From assembly GCA_040954595.2 (NCBI GenBank), contig CM082595.2, positions 7,306,193 through 7,370,192 of the forward strand: a stretch of DNA of 64,000 nt, written 5' to 3'. Both the position numbers and the translations under genes were made by a program. This document shows, one piece after another, positions 22,301 through 57,113 of the stretch. The notes below the pieces were generated by a model. The model made no database searches, had not been told where the DNA came from, and saw only the letters and a program-made list of their open reading frames with translations. The stretch is from Balanoglossus misakiensis. Its lineage: Eukaryota; Animalia; Hemichordata. How positions within the stretch are numbered: the first letter of the stretch is position 1; the number at the start of each line of letters is the position of its first letter.

Positions 22301-25268
22301 TGACAGCATTGGTGTGTCTGTTAAAATGAACATCTTGTTATTTGCGCCTGGTCTGTTGCTGTTACTGCTAACAGAGCTGGGATTCTGGGCGACCATTCCA
22401 AGACTCTTTATTTGTGCCATACTACAGGTGAGATACCATCTTCTTCATGTTTTTTTTTTTTCATTTTCGATGTAGCATAAAAGTACTTCAAGGAGAGGTT
22501 CACTTTGTTGATTTCATAACTGATCATTCAATTTCTTAATATTCATAAGCTGCTTCCAACTTGCATACCAGTAATTTAATAATGTCAATACTAAGTCAAT
22601 ATCTTGAATAGTATCAGAAATTGCTGAGGTTCATTCACGGCATCATTGCCAACAGAAACATTATCATTAAAATCAGTTTTGGATGTGTTCTGATATTATT
22701 GACAGATTATCCCAGCAATACCCTTTCTATTGGAAAACCCAAAAGGTTATATCATCAGATCATTTGATCTCGGAAGACAATTCTTCTTCCAATGGACTGT
22801 GAACTGGAGATTCCTTCCGGAGGAAATATTTCTGAATCGGAATTTCCAGTTAATGCTCCTCTCCCTTCATATTGTACTCCTTATTCTCTTCACGGTTTTC
22901 AAGTGGAACAGGTGTGTATTGAAATTATTAAAGGGACAAAGTCTCTCTCTCGCTGCCCCTTTTCCATTGATTATATTTGATACAAGACACTGTTTATGTT
23001 ATCCTACGTGTGGATATATAGTGAATCAATGTTCGACCAAACACAACTTCCATCCCACTTGTACACACGAGACAAAACTCGCCAAAATGAATAATCGGTG
23101 TTTACCATTTATTCACTTTAGCGGGATTTTTATTCTCATATCCTACAAACAGGATGGAAGTTGTATGTGGTTGAATGTTGATTCACTATATATCCACATG
23201 TAGAATAACATAAACAGTGTCTTGTATCAAACATAATTAATGGAAAAATGGCAGTGAGAGAGAGACTTTGTCCCTTTTATGAACCAATTTAAGAAAATAT
23301 TGGTATTTCAATAAAAAACTGGTTTGCACTGCAATAATGAATGTATTTGTATTGCAGTAATGAATGTTTTCCTTTCAATAATGAATCTAAGAAAGTACAG
23401 TAAAACCTGCCTAAACACCAAAGGGACTGAAGAAACTGTTGGTTTGTAGAGATATCTGGTTTATAGAGATTCTTATAACATGCGGTTCTATGCCAAAGGG
23501 ACAGGAAAAGGTGTTCAGTATAGACAGGATTTCAGATTAGACAGGGTTTGGTTTAGACAGGTTATACTGTATATGCATATGAAGAATGTCCCTAATAAGT
23601 ATGGATAAATGTTTGTTATTTACTTCCAGAAAAACTGGCAGTCTGAAGAAACTTTTACAAAAACCAGGAAAAAAAGAAGACAGAAAGTTAACTGAAAATG
23701 ATATCCTTTCTGAAAAATCCACCTCAGTACTTTTATGATAATAGTGAATACCCATGATTGCTTGAAAATGTTGTATTAATCATTTGCCATTTCAGGTTCT
23801 GGGTTTAAACCTCACATTTGGTACATTCACAAGTGTGTATACCAATGGGAGCTTTATGGCGTCAGTTGGCATCTGTCTGTCGGTCTGTCTGTCAATGTAT
23901 GTATGTATGTATGTATGTATGTATGTATGTATGTATGTATGTATCTATGTATGTATGTATGTAAAGTAAGGGTAGCTGGAGAAAAGATAGGCAGTATAAT
24001 CTCCACAACGTTGTTTGGAGAGTCACTGAACTCACTTATCAGGAGACTATAATTTAGTCTCATGATGCTCAAGTGATTCCTTGTATGAAAAACTATAACT
24101 TGTAAATCTACATGAACAGTGCATATGATAGTGTAGTCTACTGATGTCTTTCCTTAACCTGACTGTACATGTTGTATTTACCCTTTTTACAAGCAATTTT
24201 ATTGGAATGTGTTTCAGCAGATCTCTTCATTATCAATTCTATGTCTGGTACTTTCACACACTCCATTACTTGCTGTGGTGTACGGGGCTTCCCTTAGTAC
24301 TGAAGTAAGTATCAAACTCTCTTGAAATAGCCATGTTTTATTTGCTTTAAATGAAGTGATGTGAATTTGTGAAACAATGTGTTTCAATAATTCATGATCC
24401 CTATCCCTTTTGAAATGTGCAGCGGTCTTCTTAACAGTTTTTCAAGCTCACAGCTGGGAATTTCATTGTCAACAGTCCATTATGTGTAATTTTTGGTTCC
24501 TCTTTTAGCATTTTTATTGTGTGTGTGTGTCATGGGTTTTTGTTAAAGGGACAAAGTCTCTCTCTTGCTGCCCTTTTTCCATTAACTATGTTTGATACCA
24601 GACATCGTTTATGTTATTCTGAATGTCGATATATATTGAATCAACGTTCGACCACACAGAACTTCCATCCCGCTTGTAGACATGAGAGTGAAAAGACTTG
24701 CCAAAATGGTTAATCGATCTCTACCACTTATTCATTTTCGGGAGATATTTGCTCTCATATCCTACAAATGGGATGGAAGTTGTATGAGGTAGAATGTTGA
24801 TTCTCTATATATCCACATGTAGAATAACAGAAACGGTGTCTTGTATCAAACATAATTAATGGAAAAAGGGCAGCGAGAGAGAGACTTTGTCCCTTTAAAA
24901 ATTATTCAGGTCTGTGATGGGCTACTGGGGAACACGGAAATATATTTGATACACAAAAGCACTGAATAAATAGCCAGAAGTTCCAGAAGGTGGCCCTTTA
25001 AGTTTAGAGGGCAGAAAATTTAGTAAGTACTCTATCTGTACTAATTTATGTATTTGTTTATGTTTGCAGAATTTTAACACTGGGAGTGATAGAGCTTTGT
25101 TGGAACACATATCCATCAACACACAGCAGCTCCATAGCCCTACATATCTGCCATTTTGTCATCCTTCTTGGGTTGTGGTTAAGCAAACTTGATGAGAAGA
25201 AAAAAGATACAACTGAGAAGCCATTGTCCAAGGACACTAGAAAGACAAGAAAGGCCAAATTGATGTGA
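19387..25268 (+). CDS. ALG3: Dol-P-Man:Man5GlcNAc2-PP-Dol alpha-1,3-mannosyltransferase, 9 exons (424 aa; 437 aa if the in-frame ATG at 19348 is used)
   Basis: Exons 19387-19519, 20358-20457, 20887-21034, 21355-21515, 22307-22427, 22706-22911, 23630-23700, 24169-24304 and 25070-25268 join in frame (1275 nt). Motifs: [77 protein letters not shown], and C-terminal KAKLM (KxKxx ER retrieval). Confidence 0.97.
21530..22090 (-). mobile_element. L1/Tx1-clade LINE 3' fragment (zf-RVT region) in ALG3 intron 4
   Basis: [21 protein letters not shown]...[12 protein letters not shown]...C...LW matches the ORF2 C-terminal zinc-finger pattern of L1/Tx1 elements. Confidence 0.8.
22932..23275. mobile_element. 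Fold-back TTAA MITE family, full copy 2 (ALG3 intron 6)
   Basis: TTAA|AGGGACAAAGTCTCTCTC ... GAGAGAGACTTTGTCCCT; near-palindromic along its whole length. Confidence 0.9.
23398..23569. mobile_element. Tc1/mariner-pogo-type MITE
   Basis: TA|CAGTAAAACCTGCCTAAAC ... GTTTAGACAGGTTATACTG|TA. Confidence 0.7.
23701..24168 (+). other. U12-type (minor spliceosome) AT-AC intron, ALG3 intron 7
   Basis: 5' site ATATCCTTT, branch site TTCCTTAAC (24150-24158) and terminal AC (24167-24168). Removing the intron restores the frame (…[16 protein letters not shown]). Confidence 0.95.
23897..23962. repeat. (GTAT)n microsatellite inside the U12 intron
   Basis: Tetranucleotide run seen directly. Confidence 0.9.
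24547..24894. mobile_element. Fold-back TTAA MITE family, full copy 3 (ALG3 intron 8)
   Basis: TTAA on both sides; AGGGACAAAGTC / GACTTTGTCCCT termini. Confidence 0.9.
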
Positions 25269-26349
25269 ATGTTTATATACTTTGTGAAATATACTTTGTG
25301 AAATGTTTCATTAAAATGAAACTACTACGTAGTACCACATGTTTTGTCAAGTACTGTAAAATGGGAAATTTTCGCGAACTACGCGAGAGAAAAAAAACGA
25401 GCAAATAAAAAGTTGCGTAAAAATGTTTTTGGGAGATAAAGATGTAGTGATATATGGGAGGAATGCGAAAATTAATCTTCACATAACAGTTGCCTCTTTT
25501 GAAATCGTGAAAATTTCCTGTAATCTGACAGGAAAATTGGCTAATTTTTTTCTTGAAATCTGAAATTGGTCGTACTTATGCTTTAATTTTAGAAAATAAA
25601 AATTTTCAGAAAAAAATGTATGAATGTCTTTGATGAAATAATGTGCATGAAAACATTAGATTTATCCTAATCTGGAAGAACAATGATGCTTGGGCTCTCT
25701 AACAGCGAATTTCACAAAAGAGTACTTTCTGCATGACTGTGCACACTTGTCAAACACAAACCTACATGCTTTCTGCAAGTGAAACCTGTTATCTCTGAAG
25801 AGCCCTCTAGTGTTGATATTGCTGATCTGAAATAGAACCGCTTGCAAATATCTTGATTCTGATGTGTACCAAAGTGAATTCAGTATCTACAAGATATTTA
25901 TATGGCACTGTGGTTTACATAGTGCTTTATGGCAATATTTATTCGCTTGGGGAAACCAGGTTGTTATGGAAGTAGGCATTTAGTCTAGAGGTCACTAACA
26001 ATATTACCATATGGTATGCAACAAAAGCAGTAAATTCTTGATACATTTGAGGCAGTGAATTGTCATTTGTGCCTGCTCACAAACCTAAGAAATCGTTGAA
26101 TGTAATTTGCATAACCTGGTCATGTGATACGTGTGAAATACTGAGATAATCGTGAGTGAGGAAACCTTACAAGCTCGAACTTTCCGGAAGAAAATATTCT
26201 TACAAAGAAGCGATTGGATATGTCAAAAATGCAGTCAATAAATAAATCACGATTAATAAATATGTTCAAAACAGCAAAGAACCTAATGTTATGACACACA
26301 GGGTAAAATCCAAAATGTTTCAGAGACACTACTTGCCTATGGTAAACAC

Positions 26350-26600
26350 AGAGCATGAATCCTTTGAGTCGCCTTGTGTCCACACACACACAGTTTATGT
26401 ATAGGTGCTGAGGCTTGGCCCCATAGACAATGGGTTGCGGAGAGGTGTTAATCCTTACACCAGCTAAGGTCTGGCCAGCAAAGCCGTCTCAAATCTGAGC
26501 CGTTTCAGGACCACTTAAACCATTCGCACATATCAATTTACACCAGTATTTGATCTGCGACGTTTCAGAAACGTCTTAATGGTCCCTGTGTGACTCCCCA
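26350..26600. repeat. Dispersed repeat shared with 41960-42155
   Basis: Shared AATCCTTTGAGTCGC.TTGTGTCCACACA...GTTTATGTATAGG.GCTGAGGCT...TGATCTG.GACG.TTCAGAA.CGTCTTAATG. Confidence 0.75.
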
Positions 26601-27846
26601 TATATGTACTGCAAGATAGTAAATGAATAATAATCTAGTTTTACAAATTCACTTTATTGTCATATGTTAAGGCAGTGATGGCAGGAAAAGATTCCAAAAC
26701 TGGAAGTGCTAGTGCAATATGGAAAAGTACAAAACATTGTGAGAAAAGTGAGCTCCATATAAAACATTTTGCAAAAAGTTATTTTAACAATAGACATGAA
26801 AATTTAAAGTGGGTTAAGCGTACAATAAGTACAAACAATCTGACCCATAAAAATACATAGAAATATTAAATATTACTTGAAAGTGATAATTTATTCGATC
26901 ATGATATATAATAATGTAAATTACAATATAGTCTACAATTATGAGAAATTCAATTGATAAATTTACTAATTAAGTATACATGTAGTAATCATAAAGTGGT
27001 AGTATTCCTAAAGATGTATATACTGGCACGTCGTAATTTTATTTGACAAAGCTATCTGCACACTCCATAAACTTACTCTGAGCACCCAGACCTGCAATAC
27101 ACAATATATCCAATATTTGTACACATGGTGATGATATTATTCTGCTGCCAAGGGATTGACCATTTTGATGTCGGGGTTTTGGGGGGTGGGGGTGGGGGGG
27201 GGCAGAAAGTATGAGAAGTTTGTGAAACACAACTATGTTAGTTTATCCACATGTATAATTTCTCTACAGAGAAGTTTTCTGAATCTGAATCATGTGGACA
27301 AATATAAACTTATCAAGGTCATGAAAATTGGCAATTGCGGGGGGGGGGGGGGGTCACCCACTTTTCCATGTTCAATGGGGGGTCACCCATTTTTTGATAT
27401 CCACAAAATATAATTCACCCCCCAGGCCGAAGAAGCTGGCCAGTCCCTAAGCAGAGTCGGTTTTGACACTAAAGAAAACATTTCAAAATGTTTGCGTCTA
27501 TAGGGGACGTCATGTTGGTAGTAGCAGATAATTAAAGTGTAGTAAAACCTCTTGAAAACAATGCAAATAGATGTCTTTCACAAAATCGACACAAATATCG
27601 ACACTTACAACCAGACTAGATAAAATGTAGATAACAAGATAACATGTATAATATAAGATATGGTTATGAAGAAAAAGATAAAAATCGAAAAACTGTTTAC
27701 GAATATTGAAATTTTACCGTCATATAAAGACCAGCAAGAGATTGTACGGGGGAGTCGAGCACCAGTGGTATAGGTGTATCACACATAACAAAACGGAAAC
27801 TACTTTGTCATAATACAATCTTGAAAATTGCCTGATGATAGCTTAA

Positions 27847-28193
27847 AGGGACAAAGTCTCTCTCTCGCTGCCCTTTTTTCCATTAATTATATTTGATACA
27901 AGACACCGGTTGTTATTCTACATGTGGATATATAGTGAATGAACGTTCCATCACACACAACTTCCATACCTCTTATAGACAGGAGAGTGAAAAAACTCGC
28001 CAAAATGAATAATCGTTCTTTACAATTTATTCATTTTGGGCGAGTTTTTACTCTCATATCATACAAGTGGGATGGAAGTTGTGTGTGGTCGAACGTTGAT
28101 TCACTATATATCCACATGTAGAATAACATAAATGGTGTCTTGCACCAAACATAATTGATGAAAAAAGTGCAGCGAGAGAGAGACTTTGTCCAT
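27847..28193. mobile_element. Fold-back TTAA MITE family, full copy 4
   Basis: TTAA on both sides; palindromic. Confidence 0.9.
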
Positions 28194-30703
28194 TTAACAT
28201 TATATTCTAACTGATATTTTACTTGAAAAACAAGCTATCAATGCACTCTTATCAAATTTAGTTCTTTTGTGCAATATTTCTGGATACCTTAAAATTGTTT
28301 GTACATGATACATGTAATCACAAAAATAGTTCCAGTTTTATGTAAAATACAATTGCAGAATATCATTCATATCAATGCTTATATACTGATAAAAATGGGC
28401 TACTACAAGATGCTTCAATTGCGCATGTTTTCCAACCTGTACAAATTTACATATTCTCCAACAAAAGATGATAGTTACGTATCATTATTAAGTAGTGTAA
28501 TGGACCAAAACAATTAAACAATGTAAATGATAAAATCATGGTAAACTGTCTGCTGTCAACCAATTGCACATGTAAGGAAAATGTGCAAATATTTACAAAA
28601 CATGATTGGAACTATTTTGTGACAAGATCTTGAAAACAACATCAAAATAATCAACATTTTCGCCGTTCTACTTGACTATTTTTGTAAAAAGAAATACAAT
28701 TCTACTTTTTTTACTGAAAAACGGATAATTTGCAAACAATATCAATGTAGTTTCATAGAATTCAGTAGATTTGTACGACATTACTTCATATCTTCTAACA
28801 TAACAACATTTTTCCAATCATATCACAATTACGTTTTGAATATGCCCTCTCAGGAGATAAATGAAAAAAAACTGGCATCCACAACTAAATAGATTGCATA
28901 CAAAGTTAAAACATCATGTCTATGTAATAAAATTGGTGCATTACCCTTCGACAGCTCCACCCGATAGACTCTTATGTTTTCTTAGATCTGAAATATTGTA
29001 TAAAGTACTGTATATATTTAGAAATGTGTCAAATTTTATTTAATAGGCATGTGTACGGAGTGGCTGAACAGTGACAGAATCGTATATATTGCATAACAAA
29101 ATCTTGAAGAGTTAAAGCTTTGTAGTTTGGTGTACATGTATGTTGAGGTATCGGTCATTGATGTTTGTGTGTGTATTGTACTTTGGTTCAGAGTTGTACT
29201 TGAAGGTGTATTTTTGGTGTACTTTTCCCGAGTCACCATTCAAGTTTTTCAGTTTTGGGATAATTAAACTAATAGTTTTTGAAATAAACAATTCTCTGTT
29301 AATTATCGAGCTCGATAGACTAGAGTTTATTCACTGCTACGGGAAGTTTTCGCGTCATAAAAAAATACCGGTAGCTAATCATTGGTTTAAAAGAAATCCA
29401 AGACACACGTTGTATGATAGTTACCACAGTTTGCATTCACGCAAATTTGAGCCAGATATCTCAAAGCGTTAACACAAAACATCTAGAAAACTGTTTTTTT
29501 TTTTTGGAAAGTTATTTAAATTGCTTGTCACGTGATAGATATGTGACTTAAACATACAACCTGTCTTTGACGAAAGAATCACAAAAACGTGGACAACATA
29601 TATTAGATGGTTAGAAAACAGTAAAAGAATGTGAAATGGGAATCAAAGGTCTTGAAATTGTGTGCAAAAATGTGATGTTTTGCACTAAGAATACCCAACA
29701 GATATACTACATTAATTCAACGATATCAATAATTCGCTTAACTCGCATTGACCGGATATATATGAAGCTTTCGCTTTGGTTTCGGAAAACCACCCTACTT
29801 CAAAGCATGACACCTTTGTATATGTACATGTGCTGGAAAAATGGAAAGTAATTCGGAGAAAGGTTCAGCTTCTTGCCAATAATCATTTTGCTTAACATGT
29901 TTGCACAATCTTCTATTATGAATAATCCACGTAAAATTATGGAATCTTTGTCAATTTCGCAGAATAGAAAACCATCTATTTTCGCCGCTATAAAGTATTT
30001 ATAATGCATTTATTGCTTCAAACCACTAAACAATTGCACCTGTTTTGTTACATCCGTTTCTCCATTTACCTGTAACATGTTGCAATAAAAGTTTTTTTGT
30101 TATAATATTGCTATCTAATATTTCGAAATTTTTTACAACACATATTGTAAATGACAGAATTTTGTATTGTGTGTAACCAACTTCAGAAAAATTCATAACA
30201 ATAGAAGCCTATATATTAATTAACGGCTTCTTGTTCGACACGACGATTTGATATGTGGGGAGTCCATAGATATTTGGAGCAAGACACAGAAACCAGCCCG
30301 TCCTTGCCAAATCTTAATCATTTATAGTACATTTAATAAAAACTGTAGCCTCGGTCAATTGTACAATACAATATATGTACGCGACTAACATTGCAATAAT
30401 GGCATATCTAAGACCAAAGACTGTAGCGGGTTTGTACATGAACAAACCACAAAACATGACTAATGTTCAGAATGCAACAGTTACTGTTCTCGGGCAATAA
30501 CATGATAATGTTCAACTTCCTGTTCTGTTCACATTTAATCAGAAATATCTGTGATATACATATAGACACATACGGATTTAATAATGAGTTCAAAATGAAA
30601 AAAAACTCAGTTTTGTGAGTGACAAAAATGCTTGATCTAGCTTAAAGCAAAATAAATGCAAATTTGTAACAACTAACGGAGGTGCTTTATAAACAGATTA
30701 GTC

Positions 30704-30984
30704 AGACCAAATAAAAACATATGTGCTGTTCCGATTACCCGACCTATCCAAATTTTAGCCCAAAGACCCGAACCTTTTTAGAACTTCGTAAACCGGAAGT
30801 AAAATAACGATATCAAATATGCAAAATTTATGAACGCGAGAATCACGCAAGAACTATGACGTCATTCGTCTTTTTTACGGCGGTCGAAGATATAACAAAA
30901 ATTGCAAAGTAAAAAAATTTCCCGATCTACCTACCCTATTTTTGAAAACCATATAATCGGAACAGCACATATTATTTTTTGGCC
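30704..30984. mobile_element. MITE with ~30-bp TIRs in the probable 3' UTR of the VWA5B-like gene
   Basis: GACCAAATAAAACATATGTGCTGTTCCGATTA ... TAATCGGAACAGCACATATTATTTTTTGGCC. Confidence 0.65.
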
Positions 30985-31100
30985 TCATTGCTCCGTATAA
31001 CTAAGCAATTTTGTACACGCTCATGCGTAAGTCGTAAAATAGACTGAATGTCACCTAATTAAGAATTTCTCCGGCTGAAGAAACTTATGCGAAAAGGTTT

Positions 31101-50670
<19,570 letters not shown>

Positions 50671-52133
50671 CTTGTCCACTAGTGTTTTCCATTACAGTCC
50701 AGACGTGTTCTATAAATAAAATTTTATTTAGATCAGTTAATCTAAATGAACATATTGCACATTAAAATGTTTGTTTTATGTCAACGTTTTTGGCTAAACG
50801 TTTTAAAAACCTGTGTACATTTAAAAGAAAGATATGCCTAAACATTCAAGGCTTTCAACTGGTAGAACGTTCCAAGTGGCCACAATTCATCTCTACGTTA
50901 TAATATAGTTGATTTTCGTCATCACAACATGGTTAGTAATAATACAATCTTACATGTATTACGACAGCCCATGTTTAGTTTTGTACTCGCGCCATGGTCG
51001 AGAGAAGCAAAACAGCTTGGTTTGAGCGGTTCATAATTTATGTTTGCAGTCGACGTCACTGACCATGCACACCACCACAAAAACCAGGTGAAGGTGGTCA
51101 TTATCATATTGTTCAGCCAGGTGTTCACTGGTTTAAAGAGACGTGCTCTCATATTTCACGTGGGACACTGTAGGACACTTGAGAGGAACAGAGAGATTGC
51201 TGGCTGTCTGTCGACTGACTGGCACATGTATTACGGGATTGTCTGCATTATCTAATGTGAAAGGAAGGTGTTCGAGCATAGATTTCACGGCAGGACACGT
51301 TCGCCGACTGTACGTTAAATGACAGTTTTTCGAAGCCATATAGAACTAGATCTCGCAGACAAACGTGGCATTTGAAACCTTTCAGTATGTGAATTCGGTA
51401 TTCTGTTGCAATCACCCTTTGCTGGGGAAAATTTATATCTGCACACCTTTGGGAATTAATGGTGTGACATGAGTTTCCTTCCTTTGACGTCATTTGATGC
51501 CTAGAGTTATTTTGTGATGGGGAGAAGAGAAACGTTCGCGCTTTTGACGTCATTTCGCCTACTCTGGGTGAAAAATAAACGGAAATTTCCCATTTCCGAT
51601 AGGCGTGTGTTAACCAGAAAATCAAATTATTGTGATTATTTCACCTTCCCATCGCGTATCTTTATATATAATTGCGCCTGGGGATTAAGTATTTTTATGT
51701 TTGTATCATTATCCTAATTTCCAGAACCATTTTCTTCGTCCAGTATTTGCATCTACATCATGTCCACGTCAATTAGTTTCTTGGTCATTCTTATTATGTC
51801 TCTGTCATCGTCCATATGTCTGTCTGCTTTTGTATGTACAGGTTTAAAGAATATTTTACTAGAACAGTTCGACATTTTCACAACGTAGCAACGTGACGAA
51901 CTACGTTACGCGTTATAAGAACCACACTTTATACTTGCAGTTGTTGCTGGAGATACCGAACCTACAGATATATGGCTGTGGAGGAGGTTATCTGAAGGCG
52001 TATTGGCAAAACTTGCTAATTTGCATGTTTGATGAACATTTGCAATTAGCGATACAAATGAGGAGTAACCGACCATTCAGAGATTGTCTGAAGTCTGACT
52101 GTGCGATAAACACAGGATGTCTGAGACTCTTAA

Positions 52134-52396
52134 AGGGACAAAGTCTCTCTCTCACTGCCCATTTTCCATTAATTATATGTTACATGACATGAGTGTAAAA
52201 ATCTCGCCAAAATGAATAAATGGTAAACACCGATTATTCACGTTGGCAAGTTTTTCACTCTCATGTCCACAAGCGGATGGAAGTTGTGTGTGGTCGAACG
52301 TTGATTCACTATAAATCCACATGTAGAATAACATAACCAGTGTCTTGTATCAAACATAACAAATGGGAAAAGGGCAGCGAGAGAGACATTGTCATT
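52134..52396. mobile_element. Fold-back TTAA MITE family, internally deleted copy 7
   Basis: Both termini and TTAA flanks are present; the left arm carries a deletion. Confidence 0.85.
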
Positions 52397-53580
52397 TTAA
52401 TACACTATAATGCGACTTCCAAGATAAACGCTTCCTAAAAATGGATTTTGAAAGGGACTATCTTTCTTCATTCTCACAGTAATGAGAGGCAATGCCAAAG
52501 TTACAAAGCATTGAACCACAGAGTAATCTGCAGTACATATGCAATAATACACTATAAAGCAACTTACGCGATCTTGACAAGGCGTACATCAATATTTATC
52601 TTGAGTTGATGGAATCCATGTCTACCGCGCATTAAGAGCAAGAAACAATTTATGATACAACTGACTTACTCCGAAATTGTTTATCAGATAATGGCATCGC
52701 GAAACACAGCTCGTGACTGTATGATTATAGACGCCTCACGGATAATTTATTTCAGTTTTTCTTTTGTATCTGATATGGCGGTTGCAGGAGATCCAAACTA
52801 TTTGTTTTTCCCAGAGTACGACCCTGCGGAAAGTTCCAACTCTACACAAGATACGTGTTCAAAACACGTTTATATTTTTTTCAAGAGATATGCCCCCACA
52901 TAGAACGAGGCAGTCCAGCGCACATTAATGAGGAGATTTATGATGACCAGAAATGGTTGACGTCAACGATGAAGCCATCGGAAATTGCTAGTACTATAAA
53001 CGTCCAGACGATCCCTTCAAGGCAATAATGGCGACGCGGCTGTTATGAGAAATAATCATTAACTTCAGTATACACTGGCAATGACTTGCGGGGGGGGGGG
53101 GGGTTGAGGGTTCGTGAAATGTAAGAAGAGGAAGATAGAACACCTTGAGCGATTTTGAAATATTTAATGACAGCATCTATTGAGAATGAGTTTCCAGAGA
53201 ACAATTTCACACTCTCGATTTCGCAACCTCTTTCATGTAAATCAGTTGGTTGTATTTGTAAATTCTCATTATTTTTATAGCATAAATCTTGAAATAAAAA
53301 CGATATATACTCTTAAAATGTGGTGTCAATGACCATCGGAAGTCTGTACAAAGTAGTCCAATTATATGGAACATGTTTCACCGACTCGATATTAATACTG
53401 TCGCTTTCAACTGGCATTGTATAGGACGCGGTTTTCAAACAAAAACGCCTTCGTTTATACGAGCTTTATTTCAGTTTGCGAGTGAAAATATCCTTGAGTG
53501 GACGGTATTGAAAGTTTCATTTTGAAGCATAATAATAATACATCTATTTGTAACTAACTCTTCCATAAACACATGCTTCA

Positions 53581-53800
53581 AGGGACAAAGTCTCTCTCAC
53601 TGCCCTTTCCCCATTAATTATGTTTGATACAACACACCATTTATGTTATTCTACATGTCGATATATAGTAAATCAACGTTTGACTACACACAATTTCCAT
53701 CCCACATGTAGACACAAGAGTGAAAAACTCGTCAAAATGAATAATCAGTCTTTACCATTTATTCATTTTGGCGAGATTTTTACTATCATATTGTACAAAC
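53581..53800. mobile_element. Fold-back TTAA MITE family, truncated copy 8
   Basis: Left arm and centre only. Confidence 0.8.
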
Positions 53801-55089
53801 TACACTGCATGTTGTCACTATTTCACAGTTTGCTGATGTTTACATAGGTTGAACCAAAGAAGACGTTCACCCATTTCCCTCCATCTACTAAGCAGGCTTA
53901 CTTGACCTACATAAAATAAAGTAATAAGCTTAATAGTGATAGTGATCTTCTCTTAATAAATTTTACAAAACATTGATCAGGCAGAGGTCCCTTGTGAGAT
54001 AAAGATGTACAGTGCAACAGAAGAAAAGAAGAGAACGGACGGACGAGAACGGGCATCTCTCCCCTGGGAGAAACCTGGCTTCTGTCTTAGTCGGTCTACA
54101 CTCATGTAACCTGTGGAAACAGATCAATAATGTTTGTTCAACTTTTGAACCTGGTCGCCTACCTCTATAAATACGGAGGTATTTATACAATCCTGTGATA
54201 CCTTTTCGTTTGCGCGTGTACGGTGAAATCATGTTAATGTCTGAGATTGTTATGTTACGGGATAAAGAAATCAATATATACCTTAGAGAAACCCGAATGA
54301 ATATAGACATATGTTTCGATTTTACCAATATAAATAATGCATACCAGAATGTAAAGTACCGGTTTCACTTCTATGGTTTGCAACGATACAACTTTTCCCA
54401 ACACAACTCAGCATTTTCATTTCGTATGTGCACGCACTATCGTTACTTACAAATAACCTTTAATTTTATTCTTACTAATAAAATTACAACCTTTAATCTT
54501 TGTCCCTATCTGTTGATTAAAAGCGCATGGTTTCCAAGCTCTTGAATATTATCAGATACGAGATAGGAATGTTTGTAATTTGTTCGTTTAATTTGCTCCA
54601 GAGATAATATTTTCTTCCACCATGAGAAATCAGACTAATGGCGTCTCTACCGACCGACAAGAAGAGGATAACGAAAATTCGATACAGCGAAGACATATCT
54701 TTTGTTGTACATTACATTCTAATTCATTAACATATGTATCATACTACATTTTAAAAGAGGTAGTAATAATGATAGAAAGCCAAATTGTAAAATGTTGATA
54801 GCTAACAAAGAAATGTGTAATATTCCGCGAATATGGAAAGTATAGGAAAGCCTTATTCTGCTTTACTCATGACCTTGGGGGTTTAAATATGCAAAACCTT
54901 GGATTTTAGACTCCACAGAAGATTGCATTACACCTGCTAGTCCGGCCATCTCTGTTCCCGCGTGCGTGTGCGATTTTGCTAAAATTTGGTAGAATAGCAT
55001 TGTACTTGTGATTTACACTGGCTAATTTATGTGTATCATGACGCGAAAGAATAGGCCTGCAAGGCTACCATTTCTTAGTTCCAAACTTT

Positions 55090-55186
55090 TTCATTCATTC
55101 ATTCATTCATTCATTCATTCATTCATTCATTCATTCATTCATTCATTCATTCATTCATTCATTCATTCATTCATTCATTCATTCAT

Positions 55187-55241
<55 letters not shown>
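55090..55241. repeat. (TTCA)n followed by (TTTC)n microsatellite
   Basis: Seen directly. Confidence 0.95.
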
Positions 55242-55242
<1 letters not shown>

Positions 55243-56149
55243 TTGTTGCATTTCCTTTATTTTAGAGAATGCCGCGCAACACGTGGGCCCTGTTTCCATT
55301 ATGTACAGCTCGTCTCAAAAATCTGCATTCTTTTAATTTGTGAAGTTAGCCTTTTTACCGGAACTGTTGTTTATGTCATGTCTAAGTCTCAATGTCGGAC
55401 TTAACACGGAAGAGAGGAAAAAAGAGAGCGAGAAACATTGTTACCATTTTTATCAAAAGATGAATTAATAGCGGGTTTCTTAAAAATACATGGTATGAAG
55501 TCTTGCGATTATAACGCAAATGTCACTATAAAAGCTGATTGCACTGCTTTGGGCTGAAATTCTCAAACTCCCCAAGAAACAGAATCTGCTTTATCATTAC
55601 ACAGTTGGAAATTCAATTTGTCAGCTTGTGTGTTACGAGTGGAGTGCTTACATAGATAGCGGTGATTCATTGAGACACGCCACAGTCTCATATTTCTTTA
55701 TAGTTTGTTGCAGGCAGCGAAGAAGAGTAATAATATAAAATCGTGTAGATTTATAGAATTCCATGGCGACAACACGCACTTGGGATCGTAGCGCCGATAT
55801 TTTGCTGAAAGAAAACAAATTATCCGGCAATCGCGTATCGGCAGAAAAACGAAGTGCGTCATCCTTACTGTTGCCTTGGTATCTTCGCCTCAAGTACAGT
55901 ATAATGCCATATTTAAATTTCTCCATATTTACAAGATATTGGTTTTTGTCTGATTCTGCTAGCTCAGATTGAAAGACATGCGGCGTGTCATTATACAAGG
56001 CATTTCTTGTCAAATTCTTGATGATTGGAGACATGCATTACGAGCCGCGGATATTATTCACAATTTGACTGATTGGTTTCGTCGGTCATAAAAGTGATAC
56101 TGTAATATAGAGAGATGGCAAAGGTCTAACGATAAAATTTGTTCGTAGA

Positions 56150-57113
<964 letters not shown>

